Position numbers and translations under genes: made by a program. 64,000 nt of DNA, from NCBI RefSeq assembly GCF_009914755.1, contig NC_060930.1, one strand, 5' to 3'. Shown piece after piece: positions 24,966 to 37,290 of the stretch (the first letter of the stretch is position 1; the number at the start of each line of letters is the position of its first letter). The notes beneath the pieces are model-generated. The model was not told the DNA's origin and did not search any database. It worked only from the letters and a program-made list of their open reading frames with translations. This DNA is from the human T2T-CHM13v2.0 reference genome, Homo sapiens.

Positions 24966-26807
24966 CTGAAGTCTAGTTCAACATTTAATGGACATCTCTT
25001 ATGTGTCACCAACTATAAGAATTGAATGATGCTTTTCTTATGAGTATAATTATAGTACATATTTTATGAGATTGTTTTGGTAATTAAAATGAATGACTGT
25101 AAAACATTTAGAACACTGCTTGATCAGTGCTATATGAGTTTTTGTTAAAATAAAATTTAAGAAAAGGAATACTAGAGCTCAGCTGTCAAGTAGCTTATAA
25201 ATCTAAAGCAGAAAATAAGTTTGCAGACTTGCTGATTGTGCCAAGCAGAACACGTTAAAATAAAGTTTTGAAATGTATGAAATGAAGATGGAGAAATAAA
25301 TTCCAGCAGAAAGAATTGAGATGGAAACTCAGAATCCAATGTTAGTGAAGAAAAAGATTCTGTAAGTAGAAAGCCAGCTTCAGAGTGGCTGGTCACTTGA
25401 AATTTGTGCATGGGTATTTCTCCTATTGATGAGGAGAAGCAAGAAGTATTCAACCTTAATTGTCCCAGTCATTTTCATATGCAGTCCATGTTTAATGTTG
25501 AACTAAATTCTAGTATTTATTTTACTTAAGTCATATGTAAAACAGTCTTTTTAGTATAGTGATTTTTAGTAAAGTGGCTGCTTCAGTATAATTATCTAAC
25601 ACTGATAAGTAAAATAAGTAAACAATTATTTTTTTAAACTTTAACCAAATGCTTGTTTCAGACACTTAGATAATAATTTAAAAGTACTAAAATATCTAGA
25701 ATTTTCATTAAATATTTAATGAACAAGAGACTTAGTAAGTGAAAAGAGTAGATGTTAATATAACTTAAGTCTAATAAAATATCTTTATTTCTCTATTCCT
25801 CTTTCTAGACAGATACTCTTACATGTTTATATCTGCAGGACATGTGTTCCTAGAGTTATGAAATATATTAAAATTTTGTTTGGTGATAAATATTTTCCAG
25901 AAATAATAAAATTAGAAAATAAACATATATGCAATAATTTTACCAATTTTACAATTATAGGATTGATTTAATAACTTGGAGATTTATAACATGATATTAC
26001 TGTGAGGTTTTCTTTATTTTTCTAAGTTAAAAAGCATCACTTGATATAAAAATATTAACTAATGACTTCGTTTTTGTGTTTGGCTGTTTTTTACCCTTCT
26101 AGTGACAAGCTACTAGGGATATAACAACTCTTTATTGTTAAGCTTCTAATAATCTTGAAAAACATCTCCTGGCTAGGGAGGAAGGAATCTAAAAATGTCT
26201 CATTAAAATAATCATTTGGTAACTTTTTTTTAAATTTTCTTCAAAATCAAGCAGAATTACAGCACACAGACTCCAAAAGCTAAACGTGAGTACATCCTTT
26301 CCAGATCTAATTAATCCACAATTTGTCACAAGAAATTTATTCTACTTATATTCATTTTCTGAACAATCTCCGCCACTTTCGGGTTCTTCTGACACCCCAC
26401 CTCTAACCTTTGATATGCCGGTAAAATTGGAGAGATTGCCACACTATTTTGTGATTAAGGGCAATTTCAAAAGAAATTGAGTTCTCATGCTATAGAGCAA
26501 GAACTTACCTAAAGTAGTCAAGAAACAAGAGAAACCAGAAATTGTTTTACATGAGACAGATCTCATATTTTTAAATATAGTGTACCACTTTCTTAATAAG
26601 TAAAATTAAAAGAAAAATGTAACTTAGGATACAGAAAGTCCTAAAGGACCATTACTCCCTCCTAAGAATAACAACAAAATATAAAAGTTACCAGCTCAAA
26701 GAATTAGCTAATGGTTGCTTTTATCCCTAGCAGAGAAACAGGAGAGGATTTTGTAGTACGCCTGGGATATATTGTGTTATGTATTAATAAAATTGATGAA
26801 AAATTGA

Positions 26808-27151
<344 letters not shown>

Positions 27152-27848
27152 AATAAAATTAAATTTTAAACTAACAATTAAAATTTTAATACATTCAGAA
27201 ATATTCATGCAGGGACTGTGGTGGATTACAATATCAAGGCACCCTTGCTATGGTGTAAGTCTACCCATTCGAAACTCTTTCCCATGGGCCTTCATTGAGC
27301 ACACTGAAAGTATAGAGTCTGGGAGTCACACCAGTGGGTTGAAAAAAATTCTTTCAAGTCCTCTGGGCCTTTATTGCATCCATTGCTGCAGTCTCAAATA
27401 GGTGGACATAAAGCATGAGAGGTAAGACAATTCTACCAGGCAACCAGGGTTTTTATGCAATTGTCTCCAGCAGCTGTCCAAAGTCTAGAAACAGGCTTCA
27501 GGACAGGCAAATATCTCTTGAGGTTCAGAAAGTCTGGCAGGACTAGACAGCAATAAAATTTTCCAGTAACCCACAAAGTCATCACCCAGGCTACAAAGCA
27601 GAGAATGATGTTCTAGAGTTTGGAAAGTTGACAGCTATCTGCAAAATATTTAAAAAATTGGGATTTTAATCTTGCTCAGATCCCAAGTCTTGCTGAAGAC
27701 GTCATAATCTCATTCTCAAAATACTTGAAAGCTGTGATCAATTAACTCGAAACCAAACTGAGAACCAGTCTACCTGCAGATTAGGTTAAATCAGGCTCCC
27801 TCAGTTTGGCAAACTAGGAAAATTACAGGAAACATTTAAAATATTCTA

Positions 27849-28158
<310 letters not shown>

Positions 28159-29565
28159 AAATATTCTGAGGAGAAAATTTTATTTACTACAATGTTTGTG
28201 ATTCTTTCCCACACAACGTTCAACATATAATAAAAAATTATGAGTCTCTTGAAGGTACAATAAAATATGACCCATGGTCTAAAGAAGAAACAGTCAGTTG
28301 GAGCAACCCCCTATTTTGGATTCAGTTGCTGGAATCATCTTATAGGGATTCTTAAATAACTGTGAGTACTATGCTAAAAGATCTAAAGAAAAAAAGGGGA
28401 CAATATGTGCAAAGACAAGGTATGTCAACAGAGATTGAAACTATAAAATTAATTCTGATAGACAAGCTAGAAACTTAAAACAATTCATATTAGAAATGAA
28501 GAATGTATTTGAAGGGTTCAAAGATTAAAAGCCATGGAGAAGATAAGTGAATCTGAAGGCTTTCCATAGTAATCGTCTAAATCAACATAAAGAGAAAACT
28601 TATTTAAAAAGATCAGAGCATATGATGCCTGTAGAATAATGACAAATAGCTTCTCACACATAATTAGAGCTAGAGATGGAGAAGTAAAAAAGAGTGGAAC
28701 AAAAGAACTACTTGAAGAAGTATGTAGTAATCATTTTCTAAAATTGATGAAAAGCATAAATCTATAGTTCTGAGAAGCCAGCAAACTACAAACAAGATAA
28801 AGTCAAAGAATCAATTATCTATGTACATTAAAATTAAACTGCTTAGAAGCAAAGAAAACCAGAAAAAATAAAAGCAGCAGGGTTGATATATCACATCATG
28901 ACATCAATGATAAGAATGACAATTGACTTAAGAAACACTGGGGCTAGGAGACACTGGAACGAAATCTTTAAAATGCTGGAAAAACTCTGTTAAGGATTCT
29001 TTACCTGTATCTATGTTTTTCAAAAAGAAAGAAGAAATAACACTTTTAGGCAAAATAAAAGCTGAGATAATTTGTCTTCGGCATATTTATAATATAAAAA
29101 TTACTAAAAATACTTGTTTAAGCTAATGTAAAATTATATCAGACAAAAATCCAGAACTCCAGAAAAAACTAAGAACCCAAAAAAGTAAATATATCATTAA
29201 ACATAAAGGACATTTTTCATAACACATATATACACAAACATAACTACATATGCACATGCATATGCATATGTATTTAACATAATTTTAAAGATGGTTGATT
29301 GGTTAAAGCAAACATAACAATGTATTATAGGGTTTATATCACATGCAGAAGTAAAATATGTGACAAGAGGACATAGAGAGATAAGAATATACAAAACTAA
29401 TCTATGGTATTAGAAATCATAAAGTTGTTGGGGCAGGGGTGGGTTAATTAGAAAAGTGGACAAGAGAACTTTTGCTATAATGGGAATATTTTCTATTTTG
29501 CTTTTTGTGTAAATGGGCATATAAAATTGTCAAAAATCATCAAACCTAAACCCTTAGATCTCTAC

Positions 29566-29595
29566 ATTTAGAGATCTAAATTTAGATCTCTAAAT
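29566..29595. repeat. Perfect 30-bp palindrome
   Basis: atttagagatctaaa|tttagatctctaaat equals its own reverse complement. Confidence 0.95.
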
Positions 29596-30876
29596 TATAA
29601 AAATAATATTAAAAATAAAAATTGAATGCATACGAATTTAGCATGATGACCATATTTATTTTCTTCTTTCTTGTTTTGGTTTCAAGGCATTTAAATTAGC
29701 TACTAAACTTTTTTTTTAATTTGAATTTTTACTTTTCTTGGTTTTCTTTACCAAATTTTCTAAAATGAGTCTGTGTTATCAGAGAACATAAATATAAATC
29801 TGTTCTATGTGAAACGAACAAATGAATAAAATAATAGCATTGCCTCAGCAGGAAGAAATCTTGTTTCTCAATAAGATCTTTCAGTTTACATTAATCATTC
29901 AATAAATAAGCCAAAGTAAGCCAAAAATCTTAGATTTCATTTTTTTCTGTATTTTTCTTTTTCCCTTTTGCTTTCATTCTGCTTCTCTGATGATTATGTA
30001 CTTTCTTGTCATTGCTCTTCTTTCCTCTTTCTCTTTTCATTTGACTTCTAATCTTTGGCCTGAAAATACTTTTTTCATCTGGTTTTATCAACTAATACTA
30101 AAATTTGGCTGTTCCAATTAATTATTTTGCAACTTTGTTAGCCCTAATTCTGAAACAACAACATTTTCTCTCAATACATTGCTTAATTCAACACATTCTG
30201 AGGAATTTAACACCATCTTTTTTTTTTTTTCCAATGGACAATCATCAGGGAATTAGCCAATAATGAGCTAGTGATATTGGCAAACTGACATACAGTATGA
30301 CTGTTCAGGCCTTTGCAGACATCCAATTTGCACACAAAGGTGCATGCACACACACATACATACACATACACATAACACCTATATTTTTCTCAATGAATCT
30401 CCTTTTTGGGTGTATCTACTAAACTTCCTCTTTGGTCTTGCCTGTCCTTGTTCATTGTCTTAGTTTGAGATGCAGCTCATTCTACTTAGTTTTATGCTTG
30501 CATCTGACCTACTGATTATCTTGCCTTCCCAACCTTTATGTGAGTTGGCATTTTTAGTCTCCCTTTCTTTGCACTCTAAACTCACCAACTCCCAAATTCT
30601 CTGGGAATGTTCTTTGACCGATATTGAACAAAAATTCTTTTTAAGTCTGAGAATAAGAATTTTTTAAATCTGACTTTAAGGCCTTAGAATACTACTGTTT
30701 CTCTTACCTTCTGATTAATATACTCCTGAAATAATTATGAAATCATAAATGAACAAATCTCATTATGTCAAACCAGGCATTAAGTAACTCAAGTTGAAGA
30801 ACAGAATAACATGTATTTAGGATACTAAGTTGTCATACCAAAATTACCTTGGGTCTACAATCACAAAATTAAAATC

Positions 30877-31182
30877 AGCCAGGCACAGTGGCTCACGCCT
30901 ATAATCACAGCAGTTTGGGAGGCTGAAGCAGGAGGACTGCTTGAGCCCAGGAGTTTGAGACCATCTTGGGCAACATAGTGAGACTTTGTTTCTACCAAAA
31001 AAAAAAAAAAAATCAGCCAGTGTGGTGGTGTGTGCCTGTACTCCCAGCTACTTGGGAGGCTGAGGTAGGAGGAATGTTGAGCCTGGGAGGTCGAGGCTGC
31101 AGTGAGCCATGATTGTGCCCGCTGCTCTTCAGCTTGGGCAACAGAGCCAGACCCTGTCTCAAAATAAAAAAAAAAGAAAAAA
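30877..31182 (+). mobile_element. AluJ
   Basis: ggaggactgcttgagcccaggagtttgag and gaggtcgaggctgcagtgagccatgattg. Confidence 0.92.
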
Positions 31183-32424
31183 ATTCAATTAAATTCATTA
31201 AAACATTGACGGATTAAAATGATTTTTCTGTAGCTTTTAAGGGAGTATGCTATCTTAAGTAGTTAACCATTTTTTTGTCATTTTAACTTATTTAAATGTC
31301 AATATTAAGTTCAAGAACATTGATATAAAATATCATCTTAACCTTAGATTAAGACTTGCATTATTATATTAATCATTTTACAACTTACTTCTTTAAGGCT
31401 TAGTTTTATTTTTAATTCATTGTTTTATTAGACTCTGATGAGAATATGAATTTTTAAAAAGTTTGTTTTCTAATACCATATATCAACTATATGTTATTAA
31501 ACATAATTTTAGCATCTATTTTTATATAAATATGTCAAAAATCACATGAAAAAGCAAATTATAGTGTGTATTTTCATTCATATCTTTTTGATAAAAAAAC
31601 TATATTAACTAATGATAAATAATTTATTATTCTGTATGAATAAACTTCTTTTATCTGAAGTCCTCTTACCTGCTTCGGGAAAACAAATGTAAGGGAAAAA
31701 ACAAGTAAAACAAATGGAACAAAAGGGGAAAATAAAAAAGATCTTCCTAATAAACTATGTAACAGAGATCATTCACCTTAACTGTCAGCAGGAATTCCAG
31801 AATAAGTCATTTATTCAGTGATGGTAACTTCACAACATTATGACGACAATTACAGGTACTCTCTATTACATGGTTTAACATTGAACCTCAACTTGAGTTG
31901 AGTCAGTGCACTGGAGTAGCAAAATAAATAACTGTGACATTTTGAAATGTCTGCATATCACCAATATATGCATTGATTTTTCATTTTAAAAGTCTACCCT
32001 TTTTCCAAATTAATCTTTATATTTTCTCCCCAAAATTTGGGTAATGCATAGGGCTACATCCTACTTGCTTGAAAAGTGAATGGAACCATTCATATAGTTA
32101 TAAGAATCTCTACAAATAGAAAAGAAAATTTAGTAAAAGAGAGATAAATAGCATTTACCATTTGGCTTATAATGTAAATATCATGCAATGTCCTTAGTTG
32201 AAGACCTGTACTTATTAACAAAATATATATATATAAAATTATATTTATTTCTTTACATACATAAAAATATCTATTTTTTAAATAAGTATAAATCTTTAGC
32301 CAATCAGATTATATGATTTTTAATTTAATAGACCACTTTGTCCAAGAATCTTTTTTCCCTCAATTAATATACATTTGTTTATGTATTAGAGCTAAATTTA
32401 TGTGTCTCTTTGTAAAATTTATTT

Positions 32425-32856
32425 ATTTTGTTTTTTTTTTATTATACTTTAAGTTTTAGGGTACATGTGCACAATGTGCAGGTTAGTTACATATGTATAC
32501 ATGTGCCATGCTGGTGCGCTGCACCCACTAACTCGTCATCTAGCATTAGGTATAACTCCCAATGCTATCCCTCCCCCCTCCCCCCACCCCACAACAGTCC
32601 CCAGAGTGTGATATTCCCCTTCCTGTGTCCATGTGATCTCATTGTTCAATTCCCACCTATGAGTGAGAATATGCGGTGTTTGGTTTTTTGTTCTTGTGAT
32701 AGTTTACTGAGAATGATGATTTCCAATTTCATCCATGTCCCTACAAAGGACATGAACTCATCATTTTTTATGGCTGCATAGTATTCCATGGTGTATATGT
32801 GCCACATTTTCTTAATCCAGTCTACCATTGTTGGACATTTGGGTTGGTTCCAAGTC
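32425..32856 (-). mobile_element. 5'-truncated L1PA2
   Basis: 3'UTR diagnostics on the sense strand: aatgagatcacatgg, gaatatcacactctgggga, gctagatgacGAGttagtgg (GAG, not ACA/ACG). Perfect 15-bp TSD ttgtaaaatttattt at 32410-32424 and 32857-32871. Confidence 0.9.
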
Positions 32857-34079
32857 TTGTAAAATTTATTTTGTTGAACACATGGATAAATCAATACATT
32901 CTGACTTTTTAAAAAGTCCATTTTGTTGATTCCTATTTCTTTGACAGTAAAACATATATTTTTATTCATATGGCTTTTCTCTCAAAATTTATCGCCCTAA
33001 TATTTAACTTTGCCTTCTATAGCTGCTCAAAGTTACTTATTAGACTTCCACTTAACACATAATCTCTCTTGTAGAGTACACTTAAGTATTTTTTAGAGAC
33101 TTCATGATGAGTACTTGGTTGTCCCTAAGTTTTTCTGACAATTTTGTTATTTTAACTTTCATTTCTTGTTCTTAACCCTCTTAAATGAAACTTCCTATTT
33201 GTGATAGACTTATTCTTTTGTTCTTGACTTTCCATTGCAACCACCTCTGGGGTAATATTTTTAAAAGAATGTTTAGAAATCAAATAGGAGTTTAGCTAAC
33301 TATGAATGAGAACATATTTTCATTACATGTTTGAGGAATAGATTTTTTACTGGGTAAGAGATCTCAGGCACAATTCTGGCTAACTAAAATATTGGCTTTA
33401 GCTACATAAGGTAAGACATTTAATAAGTGTCAGGTCTATACCATAGATGTCATGATTAAACAAGCTACTAAGTGTATAGCTAGGATGCATTAAAAAATTG
33501 TTCGGGAAATTTTTGGCAGAAGAATATTATCCAGAATCAGATTTATGAGGATGCAGTAAAAGATTAAGATTTTGGCTGGTGCTCATGGTAATACGGTCTA
33601 AGGGAACCAAGGTTTTATTTAAGCTTGAGGTATGTTGATGTACTACCTAATGGTTATCAAATTTTTGTTTCCAGGAATAAATGATTTAGACAAATTAGTT
33701 CATAATTCATTAGGAGAAAAATATATTGCTTAAAATCTATTGATAACTAAAGTTGAATAACTTTTAATAACTTTGATTTCTGAATTGATCATTGGTATTT
33801 TCTTTCTGGAGCCAGAAATAGGCAAATTCTATAATTGGTAAGGTATGCATATTTAGTCTTTTATAAAGATGGCTTTCAAGGTTATTCAAAACCATATAGT
33901 GTTTTTGCTTTTCATAATATCTATGCCCTTAAATCATTTTCTGTATGCTTATTTGAGATTGTTCCTTCTATTAGGTCAAGATTTTATAAATTTCAAGGAC
34001 TATTATCCTGCTATAGTACAGAATACATTTGAAAGGCCAGTGGTGATAGTGTTTTCCACCCAGATAACAATACTAATAA

Positions 34080-34315
34080 ATTATTTACTAAGTGCACTTA
34101 TTGTGTCCAAGGACTGCAATAAATGCTCAGCATGCATCTCCTTTAACTATCATAAAAAAATCTATAATGGGTTTTAATTATGACCACATTACAGATCTTT
34201 TTAAATGAGGCTTAGACAACTTAAATTCCCATTATCAAATGGCTAGTAAGCGTAGAACTAGGATTATAAAACAGATCCATTTGAACTCAAAATCCATGTT
34301 CTTTCTACTCCACCA
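34080..34315 (-). mobile_element. MIR
   Basis: atttactaagtgcacttattgtgtcc..gaggcttagacaacttaa..gaactaggattataaaacagatcc..tttctactccacca. Confidence 0.75.
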
Positions 34316-34446
34316 GGAATAACATATCTAGTAATTGCGCTGCTAACCTTTTATGATGCTCATCCCCGCTGAGCCCAGATGTGCTCTAAATTAGTGCTCT
34401 TATGTTCAAATCAATCACCCGAGAATCTTGTTAAAACACAGACTGT

Positions 34447-34694
34447 CATATAAATGTGGAATCATACAGTAATTGTCTTTTGTGACTGGCTTATTTCACT
34501 TAGCATAATGACCTCAAGTTCTGTGCATGTTGCAGTTGTTGTTTAATGGGTACAGATTTTCACTTTTGCAAGATGAAGAAGTTTTGGAGAGTGGCTGCAT
34601 GACAATGTGAATATACTTAACACTACAGAACTTCACACTTAAAAATTAAGTTAGTAAATTTTGTGTTATATGTATTTTACCACAGGTTTTAAAA
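34447..34694 (+). mobile_element. 5'-inverted L1MB (about L1MB3) 3' end
   Basis: 34447-34535 antisense (ggcttatttcacttagcataatg); 34534-34694 sense terminus (tgtttaatgggtacag..gtattttaccaca). Confidence 0.75.
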
Positions 34695-34705
34695 GTAGAC
34701 TCTTA

Positions 34706-35019
34706 GTGGGGTACAGAGGCTCCTGTCTGTAATATGAGTATTTTGGGAGGCCCAGGTAGGAGGATCGCTTGAGAACAGGAGTTTATGCCAGCCTGGGAAA
34801 CCTAGCAATACCCTGTCTCTAGAAAAATAAAAATAAAATAAAATAATCATCTGGGTGTGGCAGTGCACATCTGTAGGCCTAGTTACTCGGGAGGCTGAGG
34901 TGGGAGGATAGCCTGAGCCCGGGAGATTGAGGCTGCAGAGATGATTATACCACTGCACTCCAGCTTGGGCAACTGAGTGAGACCCTGTCTTAAAGAAGCC
35001 AGAAAAACAAAACAAAAAA
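34706..35019 (+). mobile_element. AluJ (diverged)
   Basis: ggaggatcgcttgag and gaggctgaggtgggaggatagcctgagcccggg. Confidence 0.9.
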
Positions 35020-35730
35020 TGGAATCTTATTTGCTGGGTCTGGGATGAGCCCAAGGTGATGCTGATGCCACTGGTTCATAAGCACCCTCTGCCATGCAAG
35101 GGTATAGATATTTTTCTCCAGGGTGACCTCTAAGAAACCACTGCCATTTGATTTGAATTGGCATGTAAGATATTAATAAAACATATTGAGTTTTTGCTAT
35201 CTACTATACTTTCTTTCCAACTAACATGCATGTCCTCATTCACACTAGTAGGACAGGTGAGCAAAAAGTGCCCATTGCTTCTGATGCCCTTCAATTTCCT
35301 AGACAGTTCAGATTCTAAGAATGTCTTTGGCCTTGGAAGCATTTTTGTCTTAAACTTCTGAAATAATTGTGTCCTGAAATACCTTTTGTGATATTTGTTG
35401 AAAAGTTTCCTCCTACTCTGAGAGCTGAGAAGAGAGGAACCATTTCCAAGCTGCTGCTACATATCAAAGAGCCTGTCTTTTCAGCTTCACTGACAAGTGG
35501 AATGATTTTCCGGAGTCTGAGAAAATATCAGGCAAAATCTTTTCCAGATAAAAAAGCTGCTGTCAGCTGCCTGCAGCTGAGGAAGCAACTTTAAATCCTG
35601 TGGGGAGAATTTCTATTGCAACCTCAATCCCAGATTCCAGCTTCTGTCTTACATCCTTTTTTGGCTTGACTCTGCTCAAGGAGCTCACCAAACTAAGGAA
35701 AAGAAAGTTAGCAGGACCTACGGGTCTCAC

Positions 35731-35784
35731 CTTCACACTGCCAATCTCAAAGTTTTCTCTTGAGGAAACCATGGTAACAGACGC
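35731..35784 (-). other. Candidate exon (54 nt) containing accATGG
   Basis: ttacattgcttctctgaacag|GCGTCT...GTGAAG|gtgaga; one open frame, ASVTMVSSRENFEIGSVK. Confidence 0.4.
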
Positions 35785-35841
35785 CTGTTCAGAGAAGCAA
35801 TGTAAGGTGATTATTTACACATAACCTATTGTGCTTTGTAG

Positions 35842-36223
<382 letters not shown>

Positions 36224-36400
36224 TAATTGAAGTGTCCTGACATGACAATTTTATATTACATGGCAATGTGCTATGGCAATAATATCTTCTGATTTGGGAA
36301 GTGAATATGATACAAAGAGAATTAACAGGAAAGCAGAGAATCAAGAGATGCCTTCTACTATGAAAATTATTCCCAGAGCTGCACTGACCTTGAAACTCAC

Positions 36401-36517
36401 CTGTTGCTCCACGGCGGCTGAGTTAATTTTTCTTTACTTTCCCATGTGTCTTCCCAATATATTTGCATTCATTGGAATAATCCTGAGTTCTCTTGATTTC
36501 TTGCAAATTGAAAATGC
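36401..36517 (-). other. Candidate non-coding exon (117 nt)
   Basis: ctaattctgtgtttag|GCATTT...GAGCAACAG|gtgagt in non-repeat DNA; stop codons in all three frames. Confidence 0.4.
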
Positions 36518-37134
36518 CTAAACACAGAATTAGTTTTGCCCATTGATCAAGCCTTAATAAATCTTACAGATTCTGGCCTTGACCAAGGCTATGATCTCCA
36601 CTCCATCAGTGACTGGCCTGAGCTGGCTCTGGAGGGGTCCGGCCAGGCCTCTTACTAAGTTATCTTTATAGTTTTCATGGCACCTGTACTCAGGGGCAGC
36701 TCTGTTTTGTATTTAGAAATACCTCATTTTCAAGAAAGATATCTGTTTTCATTATTCCTATTATAGTCCCAGCAGCCTTTAAAAAAATGTGCTTAGCCAG
36801 TCAAAATGATAATCTTGAGATTTTTCTAACTTTACCTTTTTCTCCTACTTATTTGCTTAGAGAAAAGAGTGGTCATCTACCTCTCCAAACTGTATGCCAC
36901 CACTACTGTGCTCTTAACTAATATTTCTGATTTGTCAGTTAGGAATTCCTTCCTCTCTGTTTCATTTTTTTTTCAGAAGCCTCCAACATACCATGTTTTC
37001 TATTCTTTCTTCACGTATTACTAAAGTATATTTTCCCTTCCCTTCCATATTTGCTATTCTTTCAACTTTGCCATTCACCTTCCTAATCCACTGATATTTC
37101 AGGAAAGGTTCTTTTTCCATTTCTGCTATTTATT

Positions 37135-37290
37135 ACCATGTGGCTTACTTCATCCTACTGAGACATCATTTCTACATTTGTAAATGGGGATTAAAAATGC
37201 CTGCATTTCCTACTTTGCAAGGATTTGTGAGAATGAAAGATGGTAATACAATGGAAGTGTTTTGTAGTTATAAAGTTTTACATATTATCT
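37135..37290 (+). mobile_element. MIR
   Basis: catttctacatttgtaaatggggattaaaaatgcctgc..ggatttgtgagaatgaaagatggtaatac. Confidence 0.65.

Larger units (their letters stand above)
34392..35143 (+). mobile_element. MER5A split by L1MB and AluJ insertions
   Basis: Left part aatcacccgagaatcttgttaaaacacagactg; right part ggtctgggatgagcccaaggtgatgctgatgccactggttc. Confidence 0.65.

Noticed and set aside
25309-25367. Purine-rich exon-like stretch ending in TCT|GTAAGT
   Set aside because: Weak acceptor, weak exonic donor bases and unrecognised peptide.
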